Assembly (NCBI GenBank): GCA_043228905.1
Contig: JBHGNT010000016.1
Coordinates: forward strand, 15,004,001 to 15,068,000
Origin: Azolla caroliniana
Lineage: Eukaryota > Plantae > Polypodiophyta
Length of the DNA: 64,000 nucleotides
Direction of reading: 5' to 3'
Positions 36,425 to 48,632 of this stretch are shown piece after piece; within the stretch, counting starts at the first letter, position 1; each line of letters begins with the position of its first letter. A program made the position numbers and the translations under genes. The notes beneath the pieces were generated by a model that was given only the letters and a program-made list of their open reading frames with translations, was not told where the DNA came from and searched no databases.

Positions 36425-39400
36425 AGAGGGCTGCCAAGGCGTGGGGCCAAGACAGCCCGGACACTCGGAAAAGACCCCACGACTGTACGATAGGTAGGGG
36501 ATTTTGCTTCTCCGACAATGGAGGGTGTATGATAGTCGGCACCGTCGGCCGAGAAAAGACAAGGGCGGAAGTGCGACTTCGAGCGTGCGGAGTTCTCGGC
36601 CCGGACGAGGAAATCAGCGGAGCCGTGGAGGCGGTCTCCTTCGATGACACCTTGGGAATGCTAAGGAAGGTAGCCGGAGAAGGCCTTAACGAAGACCGGA
36701 CGATACCGGTATGCTCCGAAGAGATGTACGAAGTCATCGCGAACTTTAGTCGGGGGCTCGGGTCGGATCGGACGGCCCGAGTTAGCACGAGGTACAAGAC
36801 TGTGGACCGAAAGGTAAGGCCAGTCGCGGCACCCTTGCCGAAGGGCAGCGAGTCCCGAATCAGAGGGGTGGCGTCGGACCCCAGTTTACGAGATCCGGCC
36901 TGCATAGGACACACCTTCACCGACGGAACGCTCCGGGAGCTCAAAATCGGTGGGGGCGGGTTCCTACTGCCGGCGGAGGAAGACCAGTTTCGGAGAATGC
37001 TCGGAAGGCACGGGAAAGCCTTTGCATTCTCACGGAAGAGATCGGGTGCGTAGACCCGACGATCGTGGAGCCGATGGTGATATTCACGGTACCGCATGTA
37101 CCTTGGAATCTCAAGCCGATTCCAGTACCGAGAGCTCACATCCCGAAGTTGATGGAGCTATTGAGGCAGAAAGTCGATATGGGTATTCTCGAACCGTCGA
37201 GCGCGCCATACTCGAACCGATGGTTCACCGTACCAAAGAAAAATGGAACATTGCGCTTCATTCAGGACCTACAGCCGGTCAACAGAGTGACCATCCGGAA
37301 CGCAGGAATCGGACCGACCATAGACAAGTTCGCGGAGGCCTTCGCCGGAAGGTCGATTTACTCGGTCGGTGATCTGTACTCAGGGTACGACCAGTTCCAG
37401 CTAGCCGGGGAGAGCAGAGACATTACGACGATGCGAACTCCCCTCGGCCTAGTGCGAATGTGTACCCTGCCACAAGGAGGGACCAACTCGGTGGCCCACA
37501 TGGTGAATGCAATGAACAAAGTACTGAGGGATTGCATCCCGGACATCACCATGCTGTTTCTAGACGACATCCCCATCAAGGGGTGCCCGGTGGAAGAGAA
37601 GGACGAGGCACTCGGGCCGGACGGATGCCGGCGATTCGTAGCAACACACATCGACGACTGCGAGAAGGTGCTACAAAGGCTAGAGGATGCGAGGCTCACC
37701 TTCTCCGGGGAGAAATCGGCCTTCGGGCAATCAGAAATCCTGGTGGTCGGGCATCTATGTGGACCATATGGCCGGAAGCCGTCTCCGGCAAAGGTAGAAG
37801 CCATCTCCGCGATGAAGACCGACTGTAGCTCGGTTACGGAAGTTCGGAGGTTCCTGGGGGCATGCGCGTTCTGCCACATATGGATCCCGCATTACGCCCA
37901 CGTTGCGGAGCCACTATACGGGTTGCTGAAGAAGGGGCAAAGATTCGAGTGGCGAGACGAGCACACGGGGTCGGTCCGGAAGCTGAAGGAAGCTCTTGCG
38001 GCAGCACCGGCGCTCCGGAAGGCTGTCTACGAGAAGGGTACCCCGGTATACATAACGGTGGAAACGAGCCCGACCGGGATCGGATAGGTCGTCAACCAAG
38101 AAGACGAGGACGGCACCCGGTTCCCGATCCGATTCGGCGCTAAGGTCCTCAGTGAGCGACAGCGAGGGTACGCCCAGGTTAAACGCGAACTCTAGGGTAT
38201 CGTTTCGGCGGTAAAGGCGGACAAAGACTACCTGATCGGGACAGAAGTGATTATCGAGACGGATTGCCTGCCGATTCTCGGCATGGTTTCCGGATGCGCG
38301 ACACTGGACCTGGCGATGCTCAGGTGGATAGCGTACATCAAGTCCCTGGACCCGGAGATACGACACATTTCCGGAAAAGACAACGCCATGGCCGACATGC
38401 TTTCGAGGGCGAGGTTTGATGACGAGGGCGGCATGGTTTCGGAGGACGAAGAAGTCGGCGTGGACTTCTTCGAGGCGGCGTACGTGACGACCGATGGGAC
38501 GAGCACTCCGGCACTTAACGACTTCGACGAGAGCAAGTACGACGGAGAGTGGCTCCAGATCGGTGGATTCTTGAGGACAATGACGCCGGATGCGTCATGG
38601 ACGAAGGACGAGGCCAACCGGATCTGGGAGAAAGCTTACCGATTCTTTCTCCGGGACGGATACTTATGGAAGCACCCGAAGAAGAGGGACGACGCTCCGC
38701 TCCGGGTGGTGGCGATGAAGGAAGAACAGGAGGAGCTACTGACGGCCTACCACGACAGCCCTTGGGCTGGACACCGTGGAACCTGGGCCACGTTCGAGAA
38801 GATAAAGGGGAAGTACTGGTGGCCAGGACTGTACCGGGACGTGCATCGATTCGTGACAACTTGCGAGAGCTGTCAGATGCACTCCATAGTCCGACACCGG
38901 GACGAACTTCACCCTACGTACCCTCCGACCATCCACTTCAAATGGATGGTAGACCTGGTCACGATGCCGATAGGAGTAGGACAGATGCGGTATCTGGTCC
39001 TGGCTCGGGAAGATCTAACGAACCAGGTGGAAGGCCGGGCCCTTCAGAACAAAACGGCTGCAGCCGTATGTCGGTTCCTGCTCGAGGACGTAATATGCCG
39101 GTACGGGTGCGTCGGGAAGATCGTGGCTGATCGCGGGGATTTGGACGCCGAAGAGGCCGAGGAGCTGTTCGACCGGTTAGGGGTCAAGCTCTCGCTTACC
39201 ACTGCGTACAATCCAGAGGCAAATGGGAAGGTGGAGCGCGGACACGGACCGATCGTCAAGGCGTTAGTTCGGGCATGCGGAGGTCAAGTCGGGAACTGGC
39301 TGCGGCTACTGCCTTACGCGTTGTGGGCTGACCGGACTACGCACAGTTCGGTAACCGGATTCATGCCGGCAGAGCTCATGTTTGGGCAGAAGCCGATCAT

Positions 39401-39884
39401 GCCGATCGAACGTAGGGTCTCCTCATGGGCAACCGTGGACTGGAGAGACGAGATGAGCCGGGAGGAACTGTTGACGGCGCGCATACAACAGCTCGAGCGG
39501 AGACCGGAGGACGTGGAGCAGGCTGCGGAAAAGCTTCGGGTGGCCAGGACGAGGAACAAATCCCGGTTCGACCGGACGCACCGGCTCCGACCGAAGAAGA
39601 TCGAGGAAGGCGACTGGGTGCTAGTCTACGACAGCAGCCTCGACAACCAGCACCGAGCGACACGGAAATTCGCAAGAAGGTGGTTCGGGCCTTACGTGGT
39701 ACAAAGCGCCAACGACAACGGGACGTACCATCTGGCGGAACTCGACGGCTCGAGAATGGCGGTACCGGTAGCTGGGAAGCGGATCAAGACGTTCAAGAAG
39801 CGTCACGACGACGAGCCGGATCCGGATAGCCTGGATCGGGACGACGGACGATCCAAAACCGAAGGACTGACGAGTGGGGCATAA
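36421..39884 (+). pseudogene. pol: Gypsy Pol (RT-RNase H-integrase) in the -1 frame, lightly disrupted
   Basis: LRFIQDLQPVN, LPQG, FLDD, RNase H (ETDC, ADMLSR), integrase HHCC, YNPEANGKVER, WFGPY; apparent 1-nt deletion near 37033 and TAG stops at 38085 and 38193. Confidence 0.9.
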
Positions 39885-42800
39885 AGGCTGGACCGGTTTT
39901 CTCCGTCCCAACTCGATTTGGCGCATGCCGGTGGATGCGCGGTTAGGTGGGGGTGGATGTCGTGAAGAAAACCGTCCACAAGCGGAATCGGTGCACCAGA
40001 GCGTAGGAACCGGCTCTTCATGCACGTGCGCCTTATGTTGTACATAGGAGATCCTAGGCGGGCAGATTCGGTAGGTAGGAAGTAAAGGGGGAAACGGCTC
40101 CTTCCTAGCCTATAAAAGGAGGGAGACGAGGAGGAGAAAAGGGATCGCGGAGAGTCGAGCACGAAGTGCTGTCGGTTTGCGTGCGAAGGCTTCTCTCTCT
40201 CTCTCTCTCTTTCTGGTTGCAAACGCCATAGCTTCCTTCTGTGTAGGTTTCGGGAGGCCCGCGCTGCTCTGAGGAATGCCCGAGTGCTTCCGGCAGCACC
40301 TCCAACCTACTCATTCCCCTCTGTGCGTTTACGAGCAGGTATCGACATCTGTTCGCCGGCCTGTTCGGTTGTAACCGACTTCGTGTTTTGTTGTCTTCGT
40401 GTTCTTGTTGTTTGTCTTGTCAATACATACATACTTTCGTGTCTTTCTGTGTCGCTGTCCCACTCGCGTCTTTGCGTCGAAGGGCCGTGTCCCTGTGAAT
40501 CTACGCTCGCACGTAGTGGGTCTCTTTCTCTCTCTCTCTCTCTCTTACTCTTCGGTACAGGACCCCCGAGGTCCCGCCTCACTCCACGCATCCGCGAGGA
40601 ATACCTCGACACCGCGAATGTCCTCCCCAGTCCAAGACCCCGGTGGTCGCTCGAGTAGCACACGCACACGCGAATCTTCGCGACATCATTTGGTGCACCC
40701 GACGTGAAGAGCAGCAGGGGAGGACGAAGATGGATGGTGAATATCTCATGGAGGCAATGTCAAAAAGGATGATGGAGTTTCTGAGAGAAGGGAAAAGATG
40801 AAATGAAGCCCAAGAAGCCATGGAGAGGGTAGTCGAGCAAGTGAGCTATTTCAACGGCGCTGAAGTCCAAAGTTTTCTAAAAGTCTACAATGCGGAGATG
40901 GATTCAAGAGGTGTGAATGAAGCTATGAGGTTGGAGTACTTTTGTCGGGTGGTGTCTCAACCGATCTTCAAAGATGTAAAAGAGCTTCTAGAAGCTCATG
41001 ATTCGTGGGCGACTTTCGAGAAGGCTCTATTGGAGGAATATGGCTATGAGAGACTGAAGGGACGAGATTGACGCAACTTCGACCAATGGGTGACATTAGC
41101 AAAGAACCACCAAGGCGCGACACAAGCATTCGTAGACTTTGAGCATCATTTTTCTCAACTCTCGGAGTGGGAACAAAGATTGGTGGGGGTCGATAAGGTC
41201 CTTATGTTCGTGAAGTCAATTGATCGAATGGAAAGGATGGCCATCGGCCTCAAACTCGAAGAAGAGGACGGTGCAAATGGCCTCATCGAGGATTGGAGCA
41301 AAGTGGAAAGTGTATGCCAACTACACGATAAGGTGCGAGCGAGAATATCGACGACAACAAGACGGCCCATGAGGGACAATCGAAGACGGACGAGATGTAG
41401 CAACGCGCCACCAACAAAAGAAATGAAGCTTAAAAGGGAGACAAAACCAAGGCGAATGGTGATTGAGGAAGAAGAGACCGCCCAACAAATGTGGGTTAAT
41501 GAAGTGGCCGATACAAAGGCTCAGGTTCGGTATGACAGTACCGAGAGAGAAGGTGTGAAACAAGTCACCTTCTTGTCTTACGAAGAAACGACGGCCAAGG
41601 AGGAGACCGATGACTCCAAGACGGCGAACGCCACTTCGAGGGAGGATAAATGTTTTGGAACACACATTGTGTACGAAACATCACGTGATGAAGGTGCAAG
41701 CATGAGAAAAGCTTGCATGGTCGAGGGAGATAAAGTGTTTGAGTCCGACGTGATTGAGGAGGTAGCCATGACAAACGACATCGAGTCGGAGGTGGCTATG
41801 GACGAGTCGACGACGGATAGCCATGTTGAGACTTTCTCCACACTTGTTCCAGAGACTTCAGCGGTTGCGCCCGTATGCCAACGTGAGACCGGAGAGATGG
41901 AAGGTGGTGACGGGAAGACGAAGGCCCAACACAAGGAGGAAGAAGATCGAGGACGAAAGGATATCCCCACACCTATTCTAGAGACTTCGGCGGTTGTGCA
42001 CGTGTGCCAACGTGAGACCGGAGAGACGGAATGTGTCGACGGAAAAGCGGAGGACCGGAAGGGCGATGAGGAAGACAAGGTAAATGTGCATGAACGAAGG
42101 GATTCCTTCGCACTGGTTCCGGAGACTTCGGCACTCGAGACCGTGTGTCGACATAAGACTGAAGATAAAAGGAGGTGGTGGAGAGGAGAAAATATGGCTT
42201 GAGGCGAGCATACATGGAGGGAAGGATGTGGCCGACGAGGAGGCCAAGGATTTCGGCCCGAACGAAGGAAGATCCACATGAGAGCCGATTAACCGAGGCC
42301 GACCCGGCCGAAACCTGATTCGGCGGAAATCAATCGGATGATCCTGATCCAAAAGGGGGCCGACCCGGCCAGAATCAATTGGTCAGGCCTGACTTGGACA
42401 AATGCGGATGCAAATGAAGGCCAACCAAGCCGAGAAGCGATCAGCGGAGACCGATCTGGACAAGGGCAACACGAACGATCCAGAACACCCAATTGAAGAC
42501 GGTGAGCGTGAGGAGTGGCCAGGAGTCTAATCGAAGGACACGCATGGTGGACAAAGGAAGAGTGTTCGGATCGACGACATTGTTCGGTAGATTGACTTCA
42601 ACCGACCGGGGAAGAAGGTGTGAGTGCTGGATATGGTGGATCGGGTGGCTACGGTGATTCAGTTGGAAAGATTGGGCATACTCAAAGTGGAAGATGAAGT
42701 TAGATGAGGTCGAAGAGCGTGCGGAGGAACTCGGTTGATCACCGTTGCCAAAGATCTTACCTCTTCACCTTTCTCGACACATATCGGAGGATGTGCGGGT

Positions 42801-45169
42801 TTGGTGGGGGTGGATGTTGTGACGATTTTCGGCTATGGTGTGAAACCGAGTGAGACGAATAAACCAAGGATGTGCAATATTGCACATGCCCTTAGCAAAT
42901 AAGCCTAAGGCCTAGTGGCACTTAAGTTCATACAGAGGGGTGCAAGCAAGGTTTGAACCTCCTCTAAGATACAAGATGTTTTGCCTTACCACTAGGACAA
43001 CTATCATATAGTGTAGATTTTATGTATTTCTTTTTCATATACGAATTATAGAAGAAACAAAACCATGTGCACAAAACCATGGTTCTAAACCCATGGTTTT
43101 GTGCATGAAGAGAGCTATAAAAACCCTAGTGATATGTGATATCACCAACACCACTAACATCAATATAATTATATTCGTCTTTATCTTCTTCATATTTTTC
43201 TACTTCTCAAGTGTACAATCTTTCTTCTTCTCAAGTGAACAAATTTCATCCAATCTTACATTGATCGTCATCTCTTCGATAATTCCGCGAACGTCCTCCC
43301 CAGTCCAAGACCCCGATAGTCGCTCGAGTAGCACACACACGTGCGAATCTTCGCGACAACGTCCCTCCTTGGTGTCATATATTGCATAGTCATTAGGACT
43401 TTATCAAGCTCCAAGTTCAAGGCTCTTCTTTCGACTTCTAATGGTTTAGGTTTCCATTCCTGTAACTGAGCCTCGGTTACACCAATTACTGGTAGCACAC
43501 GATCAACTTCAATCAACTCAGGTTCTATCAGCACAATTGGCGTCCTTGTCCTCTTCAAACCCCTGGTCAACTGTGTTGGGCTTGGCTTCACATTCTGGTG
43601 CTCTTCTATTGTTGACTTAGTCATTGGCTTGGTGCATGTACATATTGATCTGGTCGATATCAGCCCACTGGTTTCACATGTTGCATCTACTTGGAAAATC
43701 AGATCATTTGTGCAACATGCTTGATCAATTTGCGTGACCAGATCATTTGTGTCAGTTGCCACATCTACTTTCAAGATGTGGCCCTCTAAACACGCAACAA
43801 CATCAACAATTTCCACACTACCATCGGCCTTAGGAGCATTAGATTCAAACCCGTTAGACTCTGTAACATCAGAAAAAACCAACATATTCACACTCACAAA
43901 GAAATTAACAATCTCACAAAACAACATAATGAACATGAAATATTTTCCATCATAGAACAACATGAACATAATTATCTTGGAGAAACATCATAGAGTTCCA
44001 TTACATAATGTGGATCAAGCAACAACCAATCTGAGGTTTTACTTGTCCAAATAGATCATAGTAAAACTTCATAAAACCCTAGGAAAATCGCTAACAATCA
44101 TATCCCACTAATAAGTATTTCACTCCAATTCAAGAGCCCCTTGACCGAGTAACTAGTCTTATCCCTGATCGTGGCCCCTTCTTCAGCCTTTTTCTAGCCG
44201 GTTGCCCATTTAGCCTTGCTTCTTTGATCCATTGTGCAAGTGTGTCCTCCTCCGACAACATTTCCATCACCTCGGCAACAGCTTGCACGTCAGCCGTGTC
44301 TTGTGCTAGCTTTTCTAGTAAAGTGGGATCTGTTTGGACATTATCAGTAGTTGGGCTCAGTGGGGTGGAATCAAGGTTTTGGGATTCGAAGAAATGTTGC
44401 ATTAAGTGTTCAAAAACACTATTGTTGTGAACCTCAGATTTACATGTTGTTTCCAATGTTTCATGACTTTTCACATCGTTGCCTAATTTAGTACCATCTT
44501 CCAAACGAATAGGGTAGAGCTGATCTGAAGGAGATGTGATAGGAGGACTCTTACTTTCAGCCATGTAAGCAACTATCTCCTCATCGGTTGCAGAGTCATT
44601 AGCACTAGACACCTCATGCACCCTCCTTAATCGACAAGATTCTACAACAACAAGGTTGCTAATTAGCTACAACTTAGCTAACTAGCTATTCTTCTAGACT
44701 ATGACAGTAGCTAATTAGCTACCACTAAGCTAATTTGCTACTTCACTTAGGTATGGTACTACCTAATTAGCTACCACTTCGCTAATTAGCTACTCTCTGT
44801 CAATATGGTAGCAACTAATTAGCTACTCTACTAAAGTATGGTAGTAGCTAATTAGCTACTCAAATAAAGTATGGTACTAGCTAATTAGCTACTATAGTAA
44901 ACTATGGTAGTAGTTGATTAGCTACCACTTAGCTAATTAGCTACTCAACTAAAGTATGGGAGTAGCTAATTAGCTACTACACTAAAGTATGGTCCTAGCT
45001 AATTAGCCACTATAACTAAAGTATTATAGTAGCTAATTAGCTACCACTTAGCTAATTAGCTACTGTACTAAACTATGGTAGTAGCTAATTAGCTACTCAG
45101 CTAAAGTATGGTAGTAGCTAATTAGCTACCACTTAGATAATTAGCTACTATACTAAACTATGGTAGTAG

Positions 45170-48100
45170 TGTTGAGCGGCAAGCTCAACCGGATCCATAT
45201 CGGCGAGCTGGTGAGCTGGATCAAGCAGTAACCGGAAGCCAAGTAGTAGCTAGTCTACTAGGAAGTTAATATCTCATAGTTAGTGTCAGACGCTCATGTG
45301 ACCATTGAAGTACACCGTACTTCTACACCGTACTTCTATCAATCCGTATGGACTTGTATAAAAGTGTTCACTAAACACATATGATGTACAGACTGAATAG
45401 TATTTTTGAATTGAGTTTCTGTGTGCTCTCTCTCTCTGTCTCTCCCGTGTACTGTTAACCTCTCCATTAAATCCGTTTTCTGTTTTCCGTTTTCTATTGC
45501 TTCGGCGTGCTATTTGTTTCTACATGGTATCAGAGCATGAGGGTTGAGAACCTCTACAGCCGACATTCATTTTCGCAAAAAGAAAACCTAACCTATGTAA
45601 AGAACAAAAAAAACAAATGGATAGAGGAATGGCTAGCTCGCTCCCGGTGGAGAAGCTCGACAGATCCAACTACGCATCTTGGTCATACAAGGTGCACCAG
45701 TACCTGCTTGGGCATGGTTACTGGAGCTATATTGATGGAGCTAACGACACAGCACTTGATGCGGCACACAAGGACTTCCCGGTGTGGGAACAATCGGCAA
45801 GCAAAGTGATGTATTGCTTTGCGTCCAATGTCGGAGACCAACTGCTGAGCCACATCCGAGATGCCAAGACCCGGAAAGAGGCTTGGGGAAACCTGAAGAA
45901 GGTGTTCGCCACAAGCACTACAACCCAGAAGGTGCAACTCCGACAGGAGTTGAGCAATGTCCGATAGAAGGACATGTCGGTGGCTGACTACACGGCCCGA
46001 ATCAAAGAGATCTGTGACTCGCTTGCCTCTATCAACGTCACAGTCATGTCAGTCTGCCTTGGGGGCCTGACGTCTAAGTTCCGAGCTTTCCGGACAATAG
46101 TATGTACAAGGGAGAATACGCCGTCATTTTTCGACTTACAGTCGATGCTCCTTGTAGAGGAGAACCACGCCGGTGCGTCAACAAGTGCAGCCACTGACAG
46201 TTGGATGTTGTACACGAAGGCAGATCGGCCCCGTGGGCGTGGTGGACGAGGTGGGTCGGCATGCAATGGAGGCGGTCGGCAAGGGCAAGACCGACGACAC
46301 AGAGGCCGTGCCGACAACAGTTCTGGGACCTCCACAACCAGGGGGAGTCAAGGCGGCGCTGGAAGCCGACAAGAAAAATCCGCCACGGAATGCTGGTACT
46401 GTGGTAAAAAGGGCCACAGAGAAAGCGAGTGCTGGAAGAAGCGCGCCGATTCGGACAAATCCGGATCTGGCAGAGAGAACCGGCAATACTCGCACTATGT
46501 AGAAGGATTGGGAGTATCCAAAACCAGAAAAGTCAGTAAAGGGCCAGCCTTGGTGATGAAACATGAGGCTAACTTGATGAAGAAGACCACTTCCAAATCA
46601 GAGGAAGTGTGGTACATTGATTCCGGTGCATCGAACCACATGACGAGCCATAAACAGTGGTTCTCCTTCTTGGAGAAACCAGAACGACCAAGAGTCGTTG
46701 AAACCTGAGACGACACTCCACACCCAATCGTGCATATCGGAGAAGTCCCTTTGAGCCATGTCGGACAGAGGGGGAAGCTGATGAACATATAACACGTTCC
46801 GACTATCACGAAGAACCTGGTGTCGGTCAAACAGATCGTTGACCAGGGAATGCAGGTGCGGTTTATGCACCTTGGGTGCTTCATCGAGGAGGAGGGCCAA
46901 ATCATTGCGCAAGGGCGTAGAGACGGGAGGATGTTCATCCTCGACACCAATGACGTCAACACCGCTTTGTTTGCAAAAGGGTAGAAGATCGAATCGGATA
47001 TTGATCTTTGGCACAAGCGGATCAGCCACGTCAATTACCGAAAGCTTCAAGACCTACAAACGAAACAAGTTATTTTCGGTTTGCCGAAGTTCAGTGGCCG
47101 GAAGGCCCAAGTGTGTGAAGCCTGTCAACTCGGGAAGCAACACCGTCTTCCATTCCCCACCGAACGGAACCGGAGCCGTAACAAGCTCGACCTAATCCAT
47201 TCGGATGTATGGGAGCCGGCACAAAGCGTTAGTCTTGGTGGGAGTCGATATTTCGTCTCCTTCATCGATGACTATAGCCGGCACACATGGATCTACCTGA
47301 TTGAGCGGAAGAGCGAAGTATTCGAGTATTTCCGAAACCTGCAAAGCTTGGTTGAACGGGAAACTTAGAGGAAGATCAAGTGCCTGCGGTCGGATGGCGG
47401 AAAAGAGTACTTTTCCGGTCAATTCAATGGGTATCTGCAACAGATGGGAATTCGGCACGAATTCAGTTGCAGATATACGCCGGAGCAAAACGGTGTGGCC
47501 GAAAGGAAAAATCGGTCGATTGTGAACACAGCGAGGGCAATGCTGGAGGAGAAGAGCATGCCCCATTTCTACTGGGCAGAGGCCGTCTACATCCAAAACT
47601 GGATCGGTGACAAGGTGTTAGCTCACGAGCTTTATTTCGGGCGCAAGCTGAACTTGAGACACCTTCGGATATTCGGTAGCATTGCATATGTTCATGTACC
47701 GGATGAGAAGCGAAGGAAGCTAGATGCGGAGTCGGAGAAATGCATCCTAGTCGGCTACTCGCATGAGCAAAAGGGGAACAAGTGTTATAACCCCCGGACG
47801 AAGTAGGTTCGAGTTAGCCGGGATGTAGAGTTTGATGAAACGACATCATGGTATGCCTTACCTACTTCCGACCCCGACCCGATACCGGAGGATGAGGCTA
47901 ATGAGCCTGAACCGATCTGGTTAGAAGACGAAGGGTTCGAGACTCAAGAAGAGAGTCCGGAATCGTTTCGGTTGAGCGGGCCGAATGAGAGACTGGGTCT
48001 GCCAGACCAGTCGGATGATGAACTGGCGAGTAGTGGAGACTCTGATGTGCTCTCCCCGCGCAAGGAACCAAGGAGACGGTTCACGCGCAAAGAGAAGGGG

Positions 48101-48591
48101 AAGAAGAAGATGCCAGGATACGAAACCGGCAATGCCAAGTTGGATCGGAGTGGATCCGACTCCGGAAAGCAAGATGGCGGATCTTCGGGAATGAAGACCG
48201 AACCAGGTAATGGTGCATTACGCCGTAAAGAGGTACAGATACAACGAGTACATGGTGCATCACTATGCGTACATTGTTAGGAAATAGGTCCCTCCGGATG
48301 GGAAACCGGATGTGGTGTACCCGGCAAGCGCCAAATGACGAGTACCCGACTACGGAAGACCCGGTGAGAACCGGATGACGGCAACCCGGCAAGAGCCTGA
48401 TGATGCAGGCCCGGTGAGGAGTGCTCACCGGATGAAGGGACATATTCGTAAATATAAATTTGAGAGTTCATCGTGGCTATATTTGTAAATAGCCGAAAAG
48501 TCATATTAGTATAAATATGACTTAGGGAAAACAGAGAAGTAGGATGTTGTCATTCTTGTTGGTGCAAGAAGAGAGAGCGTGTAACAGTGTA

Positions 48592-48632
<41 letters not shown>

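Larger units (their letters stand above)
33600..40611 (+). mobile_element. Young full-length Ty3/gypsy element without chromodomain, tRNA-Trp primed
   Basis: 654-bp LTRs 33600-34253 and 39958-40611 with about 6 substitutions, 4-bp TSD CCGT/CCGC, PBS TGGTGAACCCGACGTGA 34258-34274 complementary to the plant tRNA-Trp 3' end, PPT GGTGGGGGTGGA. Confidence 0.95.
33091..43358 (+). mobile_element. Non-autonomous gypsy-type LTR element (gag-like only) with its 5' LTR split by 33600-40611
   Basis: 5' LTR 33091-33599 plus 40616-40685, 3' LTR 42815-43358, 4-bp TSD GCGT/ACGT, PBS TGGTGCACCCGACGTGA at 40691, PPT GGTGGGGGTGGA; gag-like ORFs 40820-42202 (DKVLMFVKSID..EDGANGLIEDWSKV) similar to the inner gag; no pol motifs. 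Confidence 0.85.
32700..44640 (-). pseudogene. Gene ending in a degenerate FCP1/NIF (HAD phosphatase)-like domain, split by the gypsy nest
   Basis: Joining 43363 to 33090 gives in-frame RRALNLELDKVLMTMQYMTPRRDANQFLEWDVQYFDLFIWSE..WTRENC..KRLSDFW..YNADNILILD; acceptor-like TGTTACAG at about 43861; acidic upstream exon 44130-44640. Confidence 0.65.

Noticed and set aside
34453-40222. Many overlapping antisense and alternate-frame ORFs in the gypsy element
   Set aside because: Expected in GC-rich coding DNA; no recognisable motifs.
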